This document shows, piece by piece, positions 50,456 to 62,936 of a stretch of 64,000 nt of DNA. Within the stretch, counting starts at the first letter, position 1, and every line of letters begins with the position of its first letter. Location: positions 35,774,001 through 35,838,000 of the forward strand of contig NC_086104.1 in assembly GCF_963921235.1 (NCBI RefSeq). The letters run 5' to 3'. Position numbers and translations under genes: made by a program. Below the pieces are notes generated by a model, which had not been told where the DNA came from, did no database searches, and worked only from the letters and a program-made list of their open reading frames with translations. This DNA comes from Mobula hypostoma. Taxonomy: Eukaryota.

Positions 50456-53400
50456 GTGAGTAATATGAATTTAGCCGTGCTTTAAACGGGAGTTAGAACA
50501 ACGCAGTCATACAAGGATTCGTGTAAACTTAAATCATCAATCGGCGATATAGTTGCTTTCAGTGTTATACATACAACTGATAAATAATCATACATAGAAA
50601 AGATGTCTGTGATCTTCATATAATGATTCATTGTAAAATTGCACGTTTTCCTCAATAGTCAGGCCCTTCAATTAAACCGGAGAAAAATACGGACAATGTA
50701 TAAACGCATGCTCGGTATTATTTCCTATAAAATGTCTATTCTAAACTACGCTTGCCGTACAACTTTTGCCCTTGCTCATAACTCCGTCTCAAAATTAAAA
50801 TTTCACTTATTGTTTTCAGCTCTCAAAACGAAGCTAGTTTTAAAAACAGCAAATGAAACCAAATAAATTTAAAATATGTATTATATTTTGTGTGCTTGAT
50901 TTGTAGGGAGTAAAACGGAAGTTTAATTTTGTCATATACAGCATTTGAAATGTACCAGGTTCCTGGAATTTTGAATAAAGGGCAGGTTGGGATTATGTGA
51001 GTTATAATCGTAAATTCGTCAGGAGCTTTTAGGACCGTGCACCATCTCAAAATAAAACTTTCCAATACAATGAAGCACACCACATTCACATATTCCCCAA
51101 CCTCCCGACACAAGGTATACAGTAATTTTCTTGCAAATGATATAAAACAATTCTGTATATGAGATGTCAATTATATCAAAATGGTCAACATTAGGTTCTG
51201 GATAAGCACTCCCCAACAGGTAGCATGGATAGAAAAAAACTGCATACCTCTCTGTTAACATGTAAAATGGGCTAGTACCCAATTTACAAGAAAGAGTATC
51301 TACTTGCTGGAAATTGGAAGAGGAGTTTACTTCTGTAAATGCAGTGGAATGCTGGTACAGTTTTCACTACAGTTTTGGAAAACAAGTTGGAGTGCTTTGT
51401 TACCTTACCCAAGTATATCATGTATGTTATCAAACTTAACTAGCTTTTGACTGAAAGCTTCGGATATTAATAGGAAATGTTTCTAAACTCAAAAAGAAAG
51501 AACTTATATCTTACATATCAGCCAATACATTATTCACATAAAAGTTTATGGTTTATAAATACAATGGAGTCATGCAAAGTAGTTTGTTTTACATTCCTAG
51601 CACCTAAACTGCAGAGGGTCAAGATTGCCTGGAAGAACTTGTGTATATTCTGACTAGACCTCAAACTAATTTCAGCATCAGCTGATAACAGTACACTGAG
51701 TTCGAGTAAGAGATAATAAATGCCATTTCTTTTTTGACAGAGTTGGGTGATGTCAACATTAGAACTGTTGGCATGTCACTTCACCTGTTCTCATAGTCAC
51801 ACTTCAAACAATGCTCTCTCATTTTCTAATTTATCATAAGTCATGGGCAAAATTGCCTTTGATTTTCTGATATATACGTATTTAGCTGGAGATGACATTC
51901 TCCTTTGCCAGGTACTTGCATCAGCGAGGAAAGAGCACAATTCTTTGGTTAATTCCTTCAAAGAGCTGGTTCTGTCAGTAATGATCTGAATAGCATTTTG
52001 TGTCAGAAATTGATAGAATATTTGGATATCTACGTGAATCAAGGAATAAGAGTTAGAGCAGAAAGGTGGTGCTAAGGTGACAGTGAAGGCAAAGGACTAA
52101 CTGGTCCAATCCTGCTTTTATGTTTTATGTTCATATAATCTGTGTCCAATGGAGTCTTTAAACACTTTTAAATAGACTGACAGGCCATAGTTTTATACCA
52201 CAGGCAGGTTTGAACCTCGGGCTGCTCCAACTACAGTAATCCTTTCCTAAGCCTGCCCTGCTTACAGTGTCACTTTTGCATTAGCTTTCAAAGAGGGTAA
52301 AACTGATAGTACTCTCATAGGTTTTTGCATCCTGGCATTAAGGGGGCAAAAGTTTTTTTTATATTCATCTGCTTACAAAAGAGCAGTATTCAAGTATTCA
52401 GGTATTATAATGTACTAATTTCAAGCATATTTGGGTCTTAGGTACAGTTATGGATTATGTCTTTGGAAAGAATAATATTGTAACACTGGGGAAATATTGT
52501 TCTATTGAGATTCATGAAGATCAAACATTACATATTATCAATTCTAGCACATTAAAATACTAGTTATTTATACTGATAACATTAAGTATTTTCTACATAA
52601 AATGCATTTAGATATTTAAATATACTGATAATGAAAGTTCATTTTTATCTAATATAGTGTATTTAGAAGTATTAGGTACTTAGTAGACACAGGTCTATAG
52701 CAATACATATTAAAGACATTATTTATAATTTGGTAATAAAAATGTAAGTGCAAAACAACTATAAATTTAATTTAAAAAACAAGCTGCTGGAAGAACTCAT
52801 TGAGTGACATTTCAGCTCGACTCAAAATAGCAACGCTCCATTTCTCTCCAAAGATGTTACTTGAACTATTGAGTTCCTCCAGTAGTTTGTTTCTCACTCT
52901 AGGTTATATCATCTGCAGTTTCTTGTGTCTCTACTGAACATTATCATAGTATTGATATTGAAGATCACTACTGGAAAGCTTATCTATTAACTGACTATTC
53001 AGTGTGTTATTGAAAGCTCTATAATAAAATTGTGCAAAATTCATGTTGAATATTAGTAGGAATATTTCCATTATTCAAGCATTGAAGCAGTGATGGCTTG
53101 CCAGATATTAAATTATGAGTTTTCTATCCTTAATATTTGAAATCACAAGAATACAAAATTCAATTGCAATGAATTCATCTTTAAAGAGGACCCACCAAAA
53201 ATTGGTAATGAATATACATGAATGCAATTTGATTAAAATTTAGATTTCTTTATTTAAAGATTCAGATTGCATGAGGAATTTCTTTTTGCTATTTTCTGTT
53301 AAATTAAATTTCTGTTTTAGTTTTACAATCAGGAAGCAAAGATTGTTACAAGGCTGCCATCAGAAATGTATATCTATCTTGTCAATATAATGCTAAAAAG

Positions 53401-53654
53401 TCTCCAGGCATAAGCTAACCACAGAGTTTCATCATAATCTGGTGTAAGTGGTTGATAATATTTATTTGAGCAATGCTGTTTTGGTAACTGTGGCATTTTG
53501 CAACATAACAGCTAATGACCTCAAGGCAACCACAGAAATGTGAAAACTTTAAACTTACTTAAATCTGGTTATGGAACTAAGTACATATCCTTGCAATTTT
53601 AATTCATAACACTATCAAATTCAAAGGTTGCAAGTGCACTTCCAAGTAGGATAA

Positions 53655-55640
53655 TCACAGATTCTGCAGATTCTGAAAATCTAGAGCAACACACACTAAA
53701 TGCTGGAGGAACTCGACAGGTCAGGCAGCATCTATGGAAATGAATAAACAGTTGACGTTTCAGCCAAGACCCTTCTTCAGGAAAGGAGTAAGATGCCAGA
53801 AAAAAAAGTGGGGGAAGGGAAGGAGGGCTAGCTAGAAGGTGATAGGTGAATCCAGGTGTATGAGAAGGGTAAAGGGCTGGAGAAGATGGAATCTGATAGA
53901 AGAGGAGAGTGCACCATGGGAGAAAGAGAAGGAAGGATACCAGACAGAGATGATAGGCAGGTGAGGAGGAAAATTAAGAGGCCAGAGTGGGGAATAGAAG
54001 AAAAGGGAAGGATGGAGGTGAATAGGCAGGGTATGATATTTCTGTTGCTTGTAGGGTTATGTGCCAGGATTAGTGGGGAGGGATGAATGAATAAGGGAAT
54101 CATGGAGGGAACGCTTCCTGCAGAAAGTGGAGTGTGAGGGGGAGTTAAAGATGTGTTTGGTAGTAGGATCTTATAAAATGTGGCAGAAGCTGTGGAGAGT
54201 GATGTGTTGGATGAGTCTCATTGGGTGGTAGGTGAGGACAAGAACTCTATTCCTGTTAATGCATCAGGAAGGTAGGGTGAGTGCGGATATGTAAGAAATG
54301 GAGGAGATGAGAGCATCAATGGTGGAGGAAGGGCAACCCCATTGTTTGAAGAAGAAGGACATCTCTGATGTCCTGGAAAGGAAAGCCTCATCCTTGTATC
54401 AGAGATGAAGGAACCGTGAAAAGGGACTAGCGTTTTTACAGGAGACAGGGTGGGAAGGGATATAGTCAAGATAGCCATAGAAAATGATAGGTTTATAAAT
54501 TATGTCAGTAGATAGTGGTCTCCAAAGATGAAGATAGAGAGAGTGAGAAAGGGAGGAGATGTGTCAGAAATGGACCAAGTGAATTTCAGGGCAGGTTGGA
54601 AGTTGGAAGCAAAGTGGATGAAATTGACAAGGTCAGCATGGGTGCATGAAACAGAACTAATGCAGTCATCCATGTAATGTAGCAAGAGTTGGGAAGCATT
54701 ATCTGAGAAGGCATGGAATATGGGCTGTTCTACATAGCCAATGAAAGGGCCTCATGCGGGTGCCCTTGGCTACCCCTTGAGTTTGGAGAAAGTCAAAGGA
54801 GGAATTGTTGAGGATAAGGACCAGTTCTGCCAGACAGAGGAGGGTGATGGCTGGGCCTTTTGTTGAGAAAGAAAAGGAGAGCTTTAATGCCTTGATGGGA
54901 GAGAGAAGTGTATGGGGACTGGACTTCCATAGTGAAAATAAGGCACTCAGAACCTGGGAAATGAAAGTTGTTGGTGAGGTTAAGAGTATGTGAAGTGTCA
55001 TGGATGTAGGTGGGAAGGGACTGAACCAAAGGGGATAGAATGGAGTTGAGGTATGTGAACACAAGTTCAGTGGTGCAAGAGCAGGCAGAGGCAATGGGCC
55101 CAGCTGAACAATCAGATTTGTGGATCTTGGGTTGGAAGTAATGCAGGATAAGGAAACAATGAATTTGGTGGTAGTGGATGGGAGTTCCCCAGAGTTGATG
55201 AAGTTAGTGATGGTGTTGGAAACAATTTCCTGATGGTGTGGAGTAGGGTCCTTATCAAGAGGTAAGTAAGAGGAGGTGTCTGGCCTCAAAAAAGGTAGAG
55301 GTGAGTCTGCCACATTACAACAGCACCCCCCTTTTCTGCAAGTTTGCTGATAAGGTTGGGATTGGGGTGGAGAGAGTTGAGGGCAGTGCGTTCTGAGGGG
55401 ATAAAGTTCGAGGAGGAGAGAGGAATGCTGAAGTTGAGGTAGTTGAAGTCTTGTTGGCAATTAGAGATGAAAAGATACAGAGCAGGCAGAGAACCAAACT
55501 GAGGTGTCCAAGAAGAGGAGGAAGGTTGTAGACAGGAGAATGGGTCATTAGTGTGGGATGGGACATTCTTGCCAAAGAAATTGGTTAAGAGACGGAGAAT
55601 GGGAAGGAGATCTTGGTGTTGTGGCAGACGCAGAAGTTGC
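53655..55640 (-). mobile_element. Older Penelope-like element in PROP1 intron 1 (antisense)
   Basis: KGGAVVMW, FTMEVQSPYTS, QTQGVAKGTRM, HYMDDCI, FQPALKFTWSIS; pLTR at 53655-53783. Confidence 0.88.
53750..53783 (-). ncRNA. Hammerhead motif, core intact, stems eroded
   Basis: - strand: ttc CTGAAGA AGGGTCTTGGCT GAAA CGTC aact. Confidence 0.5.
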
Positions 55641-56149
55641 AAATGTGAATGTGAATGGAACCTGATTCTTTTCAAGGTGAAACTTCACATTTTTCATTAA
55701 CATTAGAACCATGTAGGGGAGAAAGCTGAATGCCTTTAATTTGGCATTTTAAGTACTGTACTTTGTATAATTTGCAAACAAAATTAATATTAATATAATA
55801 CATTTAGTATCACTCATTTTGCTGATAGGACAGTTGAATGCATTGTGGGTGGATTTCAGAACCACTGTTTACCTTGTTATTTGTAAATAATCTAGATCTG
55901 CATACAACTGGAAGCACAAAGGTGTGGATAATAGCACAATCTAAATAGTACAGAGAATAATACTTCTAAAAGACATTGACTAATTAGATCAGATATAGAA
56001 AAAAATTAGTGATCTTTGGATAAATAGAATTTAATGCAGCTAAATTTGAAATGATGCACTAGGAAAGAATAGAGACAGCGCGGACCACCACCGAGCCACT
56101 TGATCCCCTCCCTTTCATTCTTAGTATTCTGGAGGTACCATTAATTCAT

Positions 56150-56380
56150 ATTTTTCTCATGCAAACTTTCACCCCTCCCTTCCCACCATCTCAGGACCCA
56201 AGCAGTTCTTCCAAGTGAAACAGCAATTCACCTGCACTTCTTCCAATATAGTGTACTGCATGTGGTGATCACGATGTATTCTTTCCAGTAAGTTGGGGTG
56301 TGGGGGGTGGGGGAATCAAATGCAGATCAGTGGTTTGCTGAACACCTCCACTTGTGACCTGGAGCTTGCAGTCACCTATA
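56150..56380 (+). mobile_element. Penelope GIY-YIG fragment
   Basis: TISGPKQFFQVKQQFTCTSSNIVYCMW, homologous to ~13200-13290. Confidence 0.7.
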
Positions 56381-56790
56381 ATAGTCACAAAGCTTTACAA
56401 CCAGAGATAGGCCCTTCAGCCCTTTATGTCCTTGTTGATCATTTTTGCCTATCTATACTAATCCCAGTTCAGTCCATATCCTTCTATGCCCTGTCTAATC
56501 AAGTGCACATCTAAATGTCTCTGAAACCCAATAATTGAATCTGATTCGACTACTTCCTTTGGCTGCACGTTCCCAGATATCAAATATTTCTGATTAAAAT
56601 ACTTACCCCTCCACATTCCTTTAAAATACCTTCCTCTCACCTTAAGCCTATGCCTACTGTTTGATACCCTTAGGATGGAGAAAAGATTATGACTGTCTGA
56701 CCTACAAATGCCTCTTTTAATGCCATATACCTTTAGCAGGTTACTCTTCAGTCTCCTTAGCTCCAGGTAAGACAAGCTCAGCCTATCCAG
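56381..56790 (-). mobile_element. Old CR1 3' end
   Basis: LELRRLKSNLLKVYGIKRGI...HRLKVRG. Confidence 0.75.
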
Positions 56791-59025
56791 AGGAAAGCCA
56801 CAGCAGTCAGGTCTCTGGCACTGTGTGATTCTGGGGAGAAGAGGTGAGAAGTAGTGATAGAGGATTGATTGATTAGGGAAATAAGCAGGAGATGTGGTGG
56901 ATGAGAACCAGATTAAAGGATGGTATGTTGCTATCCAGGTGTCAGGGAGGGGGATAATATATCCTTAAGTGGGGGGGGGTGGAGGGGATGGATGAACAGT
57001 CAGAAGTTGTAGCCCATATCAGGACTAATGGCATAGGTAAGGGTGACGAGTTCCTACAAAGGAAGTTCAGAGAGTTAGATACTAAGTTCAAGGATGGGAC
57101 TTTCAGAGTAATAATCTCAGGATTGCTACACATGTCATGTACTAATAAAGCTAAAAGTAGGAAGATAATACAGTTCAACATGTGGTTGTCCCTTTCTTAG
57201 GGATGAGGAGATGGTGCAGGAGAGGGGGCTTCAGATTTTTGGATCATTGGGTTTTCTTCCAGGGAAGGTGGGCCTTGAATAAACAGGACCACTGTTCCCC
57301 CTAATCTGTGAGGGTGTGCAGCGGCACAGTATCTGAAATGCTCCCATGCACTAGCCTTCGTTATGGTGCAGCTTCAATTTTCTTTACATAATATTATTTT
57401 AATTTTGAATTATTTGATTCATTCAACACTTGGATAATAGATTTCCTGGCGATGAGTTAAGAGAATGATGAGCTTTTGATCCTGTTGCGACAAATTTTGA
57501 ATTTGGAAAAGAGAATGTATGACTGGCAAATAAATACTCAGCTACTATTATGAACTACGACGAAAGCATTGCCTGAAAAATATTGCAGTAATATGGTGAT
57601 TTAAAATTTGTCATTTCTGATAAAGTTAAGGCTGGTTCAATTAAGATGCTTACTGATATGTTGAACTATATGCTTAGAAACAAAGAATTTAAAGAATTCT
57701 TGTTGATATCATTGATACATTTCAACCTGCTATTGCTGATTGTGAATGTGGATTTGGTCTTATGAATTCAATCAAATATAAATCCAGAAACAGACAAGGA
57801 AAAGGAATATTTGGATGATCTAATGAGGATTAAGATGTACCTTTCATTTGTCTGCAAAATTAATCTAGTATTGACAATGGATTTGTAATAAAATCAGAGG
57901 AGAAAATGTTTGCAAAATGTTAAAGATTTTCTTTGTTACACTGCATTTCATTATACCCTGCAATCAATAAATAAGTAGACCATATCAGGACATAAATAAG
58001 TGATTTTTCAATTTTCATTCTAAATATTCATAGTATGCATATTACAAAAAAACTGCCATGCAGTTTTCAGGCCATGTAAAAGTCTCCTGTTCAGAGCAAT
58101 GGTTGATCTGCGTAGCTGTACAACAAAACTAGAGGGAATGTTGAATAGAACAGGTCGCCCCTGAAGTGTAGAGGACCAATATCCTTGTGCAAAGATTTAC
58201 TAGATTACCCTGGGAGCTTTAAAGTAGAATTGTAGGGGGATGAGAACCAAAGGGCCAGAGCAGCTATTGGAGAGGTTGGGTGGAAAGTAGATGTTAAGCC
58301 TACATACAAAGTCAGGAACTGAATGGCTGAGCATGGCGGGACTGATGTACTGAGTTGTATCTATTTCAGTGCAAGGAGTATTGTAGGTGAGCCAGATGAG
58401 CTTAGAGCATGGATCAGCACATGGGATTTTGATATTGTAGCCATTAACTAGATTTGGTTGCAAGAGGGGTAGGACTGGCAGCTTAGTGCTCTAGGGTTCC
58501 AATGTTTTAGACATGATAGAGGGAGAGGTATTAAAGGGGGAAGGATGGTATTACTTGTCAGGGAAAATGTGCTCAGCCTCGACAGACAGGACAGACTCTG
58601 CCTACTGTCTACTGAGGATGTATGGGTGGAACTGAGGAATAAGAAAAGGATGTCCACATTAATGGTATTATGTTGTAGACCTCCAAATATTCGTAGTGAG
58701 AAGGAAGACAGTTGCATGAAAAATTAGGTTATGATAGGTGATTTTAACTTTCTATATAATGTTTGGGACTCACATACTGTAAAAGGACTGGATGGGATAG
58801 AGTCTGTTAAATGTGTTCAGGAAAGATTCCTGAATGAATATATAGAGGTCCCAACTAGAGGGCGTGATCCTAGATCTCCTAACAAGGAAAGAGTCAATGC
58901 AGGTGTCAAGGGGAACACCTTGGATTTAGTGATCATAATTCCACTAGTTTCACGATAATTATATGAATCTCAACCCTGGTTGAGATTCTAAATTGAAAAT
59001 AGACCAATTTTGATGACAACAGAAA
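56791..59025 (+). mobile_element. Old CR1: ORF1 (SGNH esterase-like) and endonuclease region, split by a hAT element
   Basis: EQSEVVAHIRTNGIG...RVIISGLL; later FRHDR...GG.VLLVREN, EDVWVELRNKK, IGDFN. Confidence 0.8.
57290..58143 (+). mobile_element. hAT DNA transposon, internally deleted
   Basis: Imperfect TIRs cactgttccccctaa / ctagagggaatgttg; 8-bp TSD aacaggac / aatagaac; hAT dimerisation motif ADCECGFGLMNSIKYKSRNR. Confidence 0.8.
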
Positions 59026-60986
59026 GGTTTTCTATATATTTCTTGGCTCAGTGATCATTTACTTGATTTTAGTCCTTTGTAGTCATTGGAACATTTTTAT
59101 GTTGGAAATTTTCCTAAATCCAGTCACTGTCATAGTGTACCATTGATTACCATCTTCCCCATTCATCACAACATTTTCTAGACCAAAGCAATATAATATA
59201 AATCACAGTTGCCTTGTTGCAGCATATTGCAGTTGGTCCTGCAGATAAATTCTATTATAACTGGTTAAATTCTTACCATATATCTATAGATATTGAGAGT
59301 ACTTATCAACCTGAGGTTAAATTCTTTCTTTACATTTAGATGAGATATGTAGCCACGAGGATGGAGACTGAACTTTATGGCTGGTAAATGGAAATTCAAT
59401 ATATATATTTTTTAAGTATTTGGTTAGGAACATTGTTCTGTGGTATTATCAAATTTCTGAGTCACTCCGATAGCTACTGACCAAGGACATGTAACACTGC
59501 AAAACAAAGTTTTCATTACATATGTGAAAATTTTATCTGTGATTCTTTAGATCACTGGTTCCTAAGAAATACTGTTTGACACAGTGTGCATAAAAGAAGG
59601 CCTACTAATGAGTCTGCACAAAGCTCAGTGTTACATTCTAATGCATTAGAATATAATGAAGTACAGTATTACATTCTAATTCTGAAGTCTGTTACTTAGG
59701 CACAGTCACTTGACTTACCCTGCTAATCAGTAGTGCTGGTAAGCACATAGTCCTTTTCAGACAAATTATTCTCTTTGTCCGTTTTGTTCTCCCTACCTGA
59801 AAAGTCTAGCTGCAGGTCTTGCTCACTTTCTCACGATATTAAATTATATGAAGTAAAACCAAGTGATTATCAGATTCCACATTCCCAGTAGGTTGGTATA
59901 ATGGCTATGGTGAAGTCTAATCCCTGGATCCAGAGGCTGAATGAGTGTTTCCACCGCCAGCATCACGTCTGGTTGAGCAATCAGAACCTGGCTAGCTCTG
60001 TTCTGTTTTCGAAGCCAGGGCTTGACCTATTGTCAAATGCGAAGCTTATACCTCTTTATGCTCATGTTATTCTACTTACAAAAGGAAGAGAAAACAAAAA
60101 TCAATCTCCTTGGATTGCATTTCTTTACAATTAGAAAGTGTACTGCACTACTAGACCTTCAGCTGTTTTCAAGATGGAAATGGAAAACATCAGTTTGCAA
60201 ATGTCCCGTGTGTTCTTTCTTTACTTAAACATTTTATTCCAACCTGTATTCAGATTCATTTTTAAAGAACAGTAGAAAATGAATAATGTTGGAAATTTAA
60301 CATCATTGTTTTGAAGAGACTATTTCACAAACGGGCATGATGAAATCTACCAGAAGTTGAGTCATGGAAATATGGTTCAGAATAATGGAGCTTCATCCAA
60401 TAGAAAGAATTTTAATACTTAAGAAAATTACTTAGTTGCCAAAGAATATTACTGCTTCTATTATTTTTCAGTCTATGCAACATCAATAAATAATAAGATG
60501 CATTGAATTATTCAAGTCCATAATTATCAATTAACATTTTTGAACCTGTGCAAAGAATCTTAATTGTAATAATTAGCAGCAATGTCAAAAAGGTTTATAG
60601 AAGTGGAACAGCAGATAGAAGGACAACTGGTGAAAATGACATCTTAAATCATAAATGCAAAACATTGATAAATTGTGTTTTGAACTACATTTTTACATCT
60701 GCTGTTCTTTATTTCACATAAAAATAACTTTGTTTTTTTTTGTAAAGCACCAAAAATAACTGGAATATATTGCAATTATTCACTATTCAATTCTGGAAAT
60801 TTGTATATGTAATAGCTCCATTACTTGTTCCTACAAACTAGGTCCTAGCTATGAAAAACAACATAGTGGGAGCAGTAATACTGCCACAGAATGGCTCTGA
60901 GCGCCAACCACCCTGTTTTTTTATCAACACACATCAAGGTTGCTGGTGAACGCAGCAGGCCAGGCAGCATCTCTAGGAAGAGGTAC

Positions 60987-61022
60987 AGTCGATGTTTCGG
61001 GCAGAGACCCTTCGTCAGGACC
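60987..61022 (-). ncRNA. Hammerhead motif (CGTC>CATC)
   Basis: - strand: ggtc CTGACGA A GGG tctctg CCC GAAA CATC gact. Confidence 0.65.
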
Positions 61023-61029
61023 CTTCCTG

Positions 61030-61065
61030 AGTTCTGACGAAGGGTCTCGGCCCGAAAGGTCGACT
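61030..61065 (+). ncRNA. Hammerhead motif (CGTC>GGTC)
   Basis: agtt CTGACGA A GGG tctcgg CCC GAAA GGTC gact. Confidence 0.65.
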
Positions 61066-61689
61066 GTACCTCTTCCTAGAGATGCTGCCTGGCCTGCTGC
61101 GTTCACCAGCAACTTTGTGTGTTGCTTGAATTTCCAGCATCTGCAGAATTCCTCATGTTTGCTGTTTTTTTTTTATCAGTTTGGTTTACATTTGCAAAAT
61201 TATTGCAATCTAATTCACTTATGATTCTTATGTATTCATTGGTATAATTTATTTTTAATTCTCTTGAAACATTGATCTGAGGAAGTAAACTCAATGCATG
61301 TTGTCACTCTTTGGCAGGTTAGGTTCACAAGAATGGTATATGAGAGGAACTTCAGTTACCTGGAAATAGAAAAATATAGGTTGCCTTGTTTTGAGCAGAT
61401 AATATTTAGTCTTTGACCTAACTTGCCACATGTCTGTGGAAGACTTGAGTTCCAGTCTTAAGAGTATGAATGAAATTCAGTAGGGGTGGCAGATTGTTAC
61501 CCTCTTCCAAAATTTTGGTGAATTTGGTCCCATTGCTCCATTATACTCAGTTCAATGTAAGAAAGTTAGTAAAACAAGGCACACCCAGTCAAGACAAACA
61601 GTGGCATTCTGGAACCAGACACCTCTGTCAAGTCATATTTTAGCCACCAGACCCTAGGAAACCATAGGCAAAACTTGTTATTTGGGTAA

Positions 61690-62200
61690 GCACAATGGAT
61701 TGAGTACATGAGTAGGAAGCATGTGAGAGCATAGAGAAGATGCAGGAGAGGATCAGCAGTACGTTGCCTGGGATGGAATGAGGATAGAATGGAGACATTA
61801 GGTCCGTTTTCCTTAGAGCAGAGGAGGTAGAGGCAATATGATTATGGTAGATAAGATAATGGGGGATATAGATTGGCTGGAATGCAGGAAACTTTTCCCC
61901 ATATCAGAGGTAGACAAAACAAGAGCAGGTATCTTTAATAAAAAGAGATACGAGATTCAAGGGGGATATGAGGGAGAACTCAGAGTGTGGTGGGTACCTG
62001 GATGCACTACCAGAGTGATGGAAGCTGTGTCGCTGATTAGCAGCGAAGAAGTCACTAGATAAGCACTTGGACTACTTAGGCAAAAAAGGATATAGGCCAT
62101 GTGCTGCTCAGCTGGAATTAGTGTGGATGCTTGTTCATGGACTGCCTGGGAGTGCTAGGATGAATGGCTTGTTATCATGCTGTATCTCTCTGACGCTATG
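61690..62200 (+). mobile_element. Old CR1 3' end
   Basis: MIMVDKIMGDID....KLFP.....TR. Confidence 0.65.
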
Positions 62201-62936
62201 CTCAGTGAACCCAACATCTTTTCCAGATTTGGGAGGTTAGTTTACAGACTGTTTTCATTTGCACTGGTTAAATACACAACTGACCTAGACATAAAGATAG
62301 TGGTGAGGTGGAGATGCAGTTTGGTGTACTGCAATTATTAATAAAAATTGCGTATCATCACTTTACAAATAGGCTGACTAAGTCAAAAAAGAGAATATCA
62401 ACTGTTCCTGACTCATTTTGGCTGCCAGACATTATGATGTCCATCTTCTAATTTTTTTATACTCGTATTTTCCCCATGCCTTGTCTTCATCCACTCCAAA
62501 CTTACTGCCACAATATAATCCATGAATGTGATAAACACACTTGAACGGAACATATTACAGGGTGCTCAGATGTCCATGGAATCACGCAACTAATTGCTAG
62601 GTTTTAATTAGGATTTTGTTTTTTTTAAGCTTGCATTTTTTGCTTAATTATAATCTTCTGACATGTAAATGCCATTTCACTTATATTCAGAACTGAGAAG
62701 TGGATTATGATAAAAAGGTCACCCATTGGGCAATGAAGTGTTCTAGTAATGCAAACTTGGGTATCCATTGTCATTGTAGCTTTAAAAAGGTATTTATATT
62801 TACAGTATATTGAACATGCATTTAGAGATTACTGCCATGAAACATTGACTGTGCTTCTCTCTTCACAGATGTTGCCTGGCCTGCTGAGTGTTCCCACATT
62901 TAGATTTTATTTTTAGACATTTGTTTCTGATTTCAG

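Larger units (their letters stand above)
60925..61161. mobile_element. Penelope-derived fold-back mini-element with a hammerhead motif on each strand
   Basis: Arms 60925-61020 and ~61033-61124, tail to 61161; TSD ctg(t)nATCA at 60913-60926 and 61162-61178. Confidence 0.88.
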
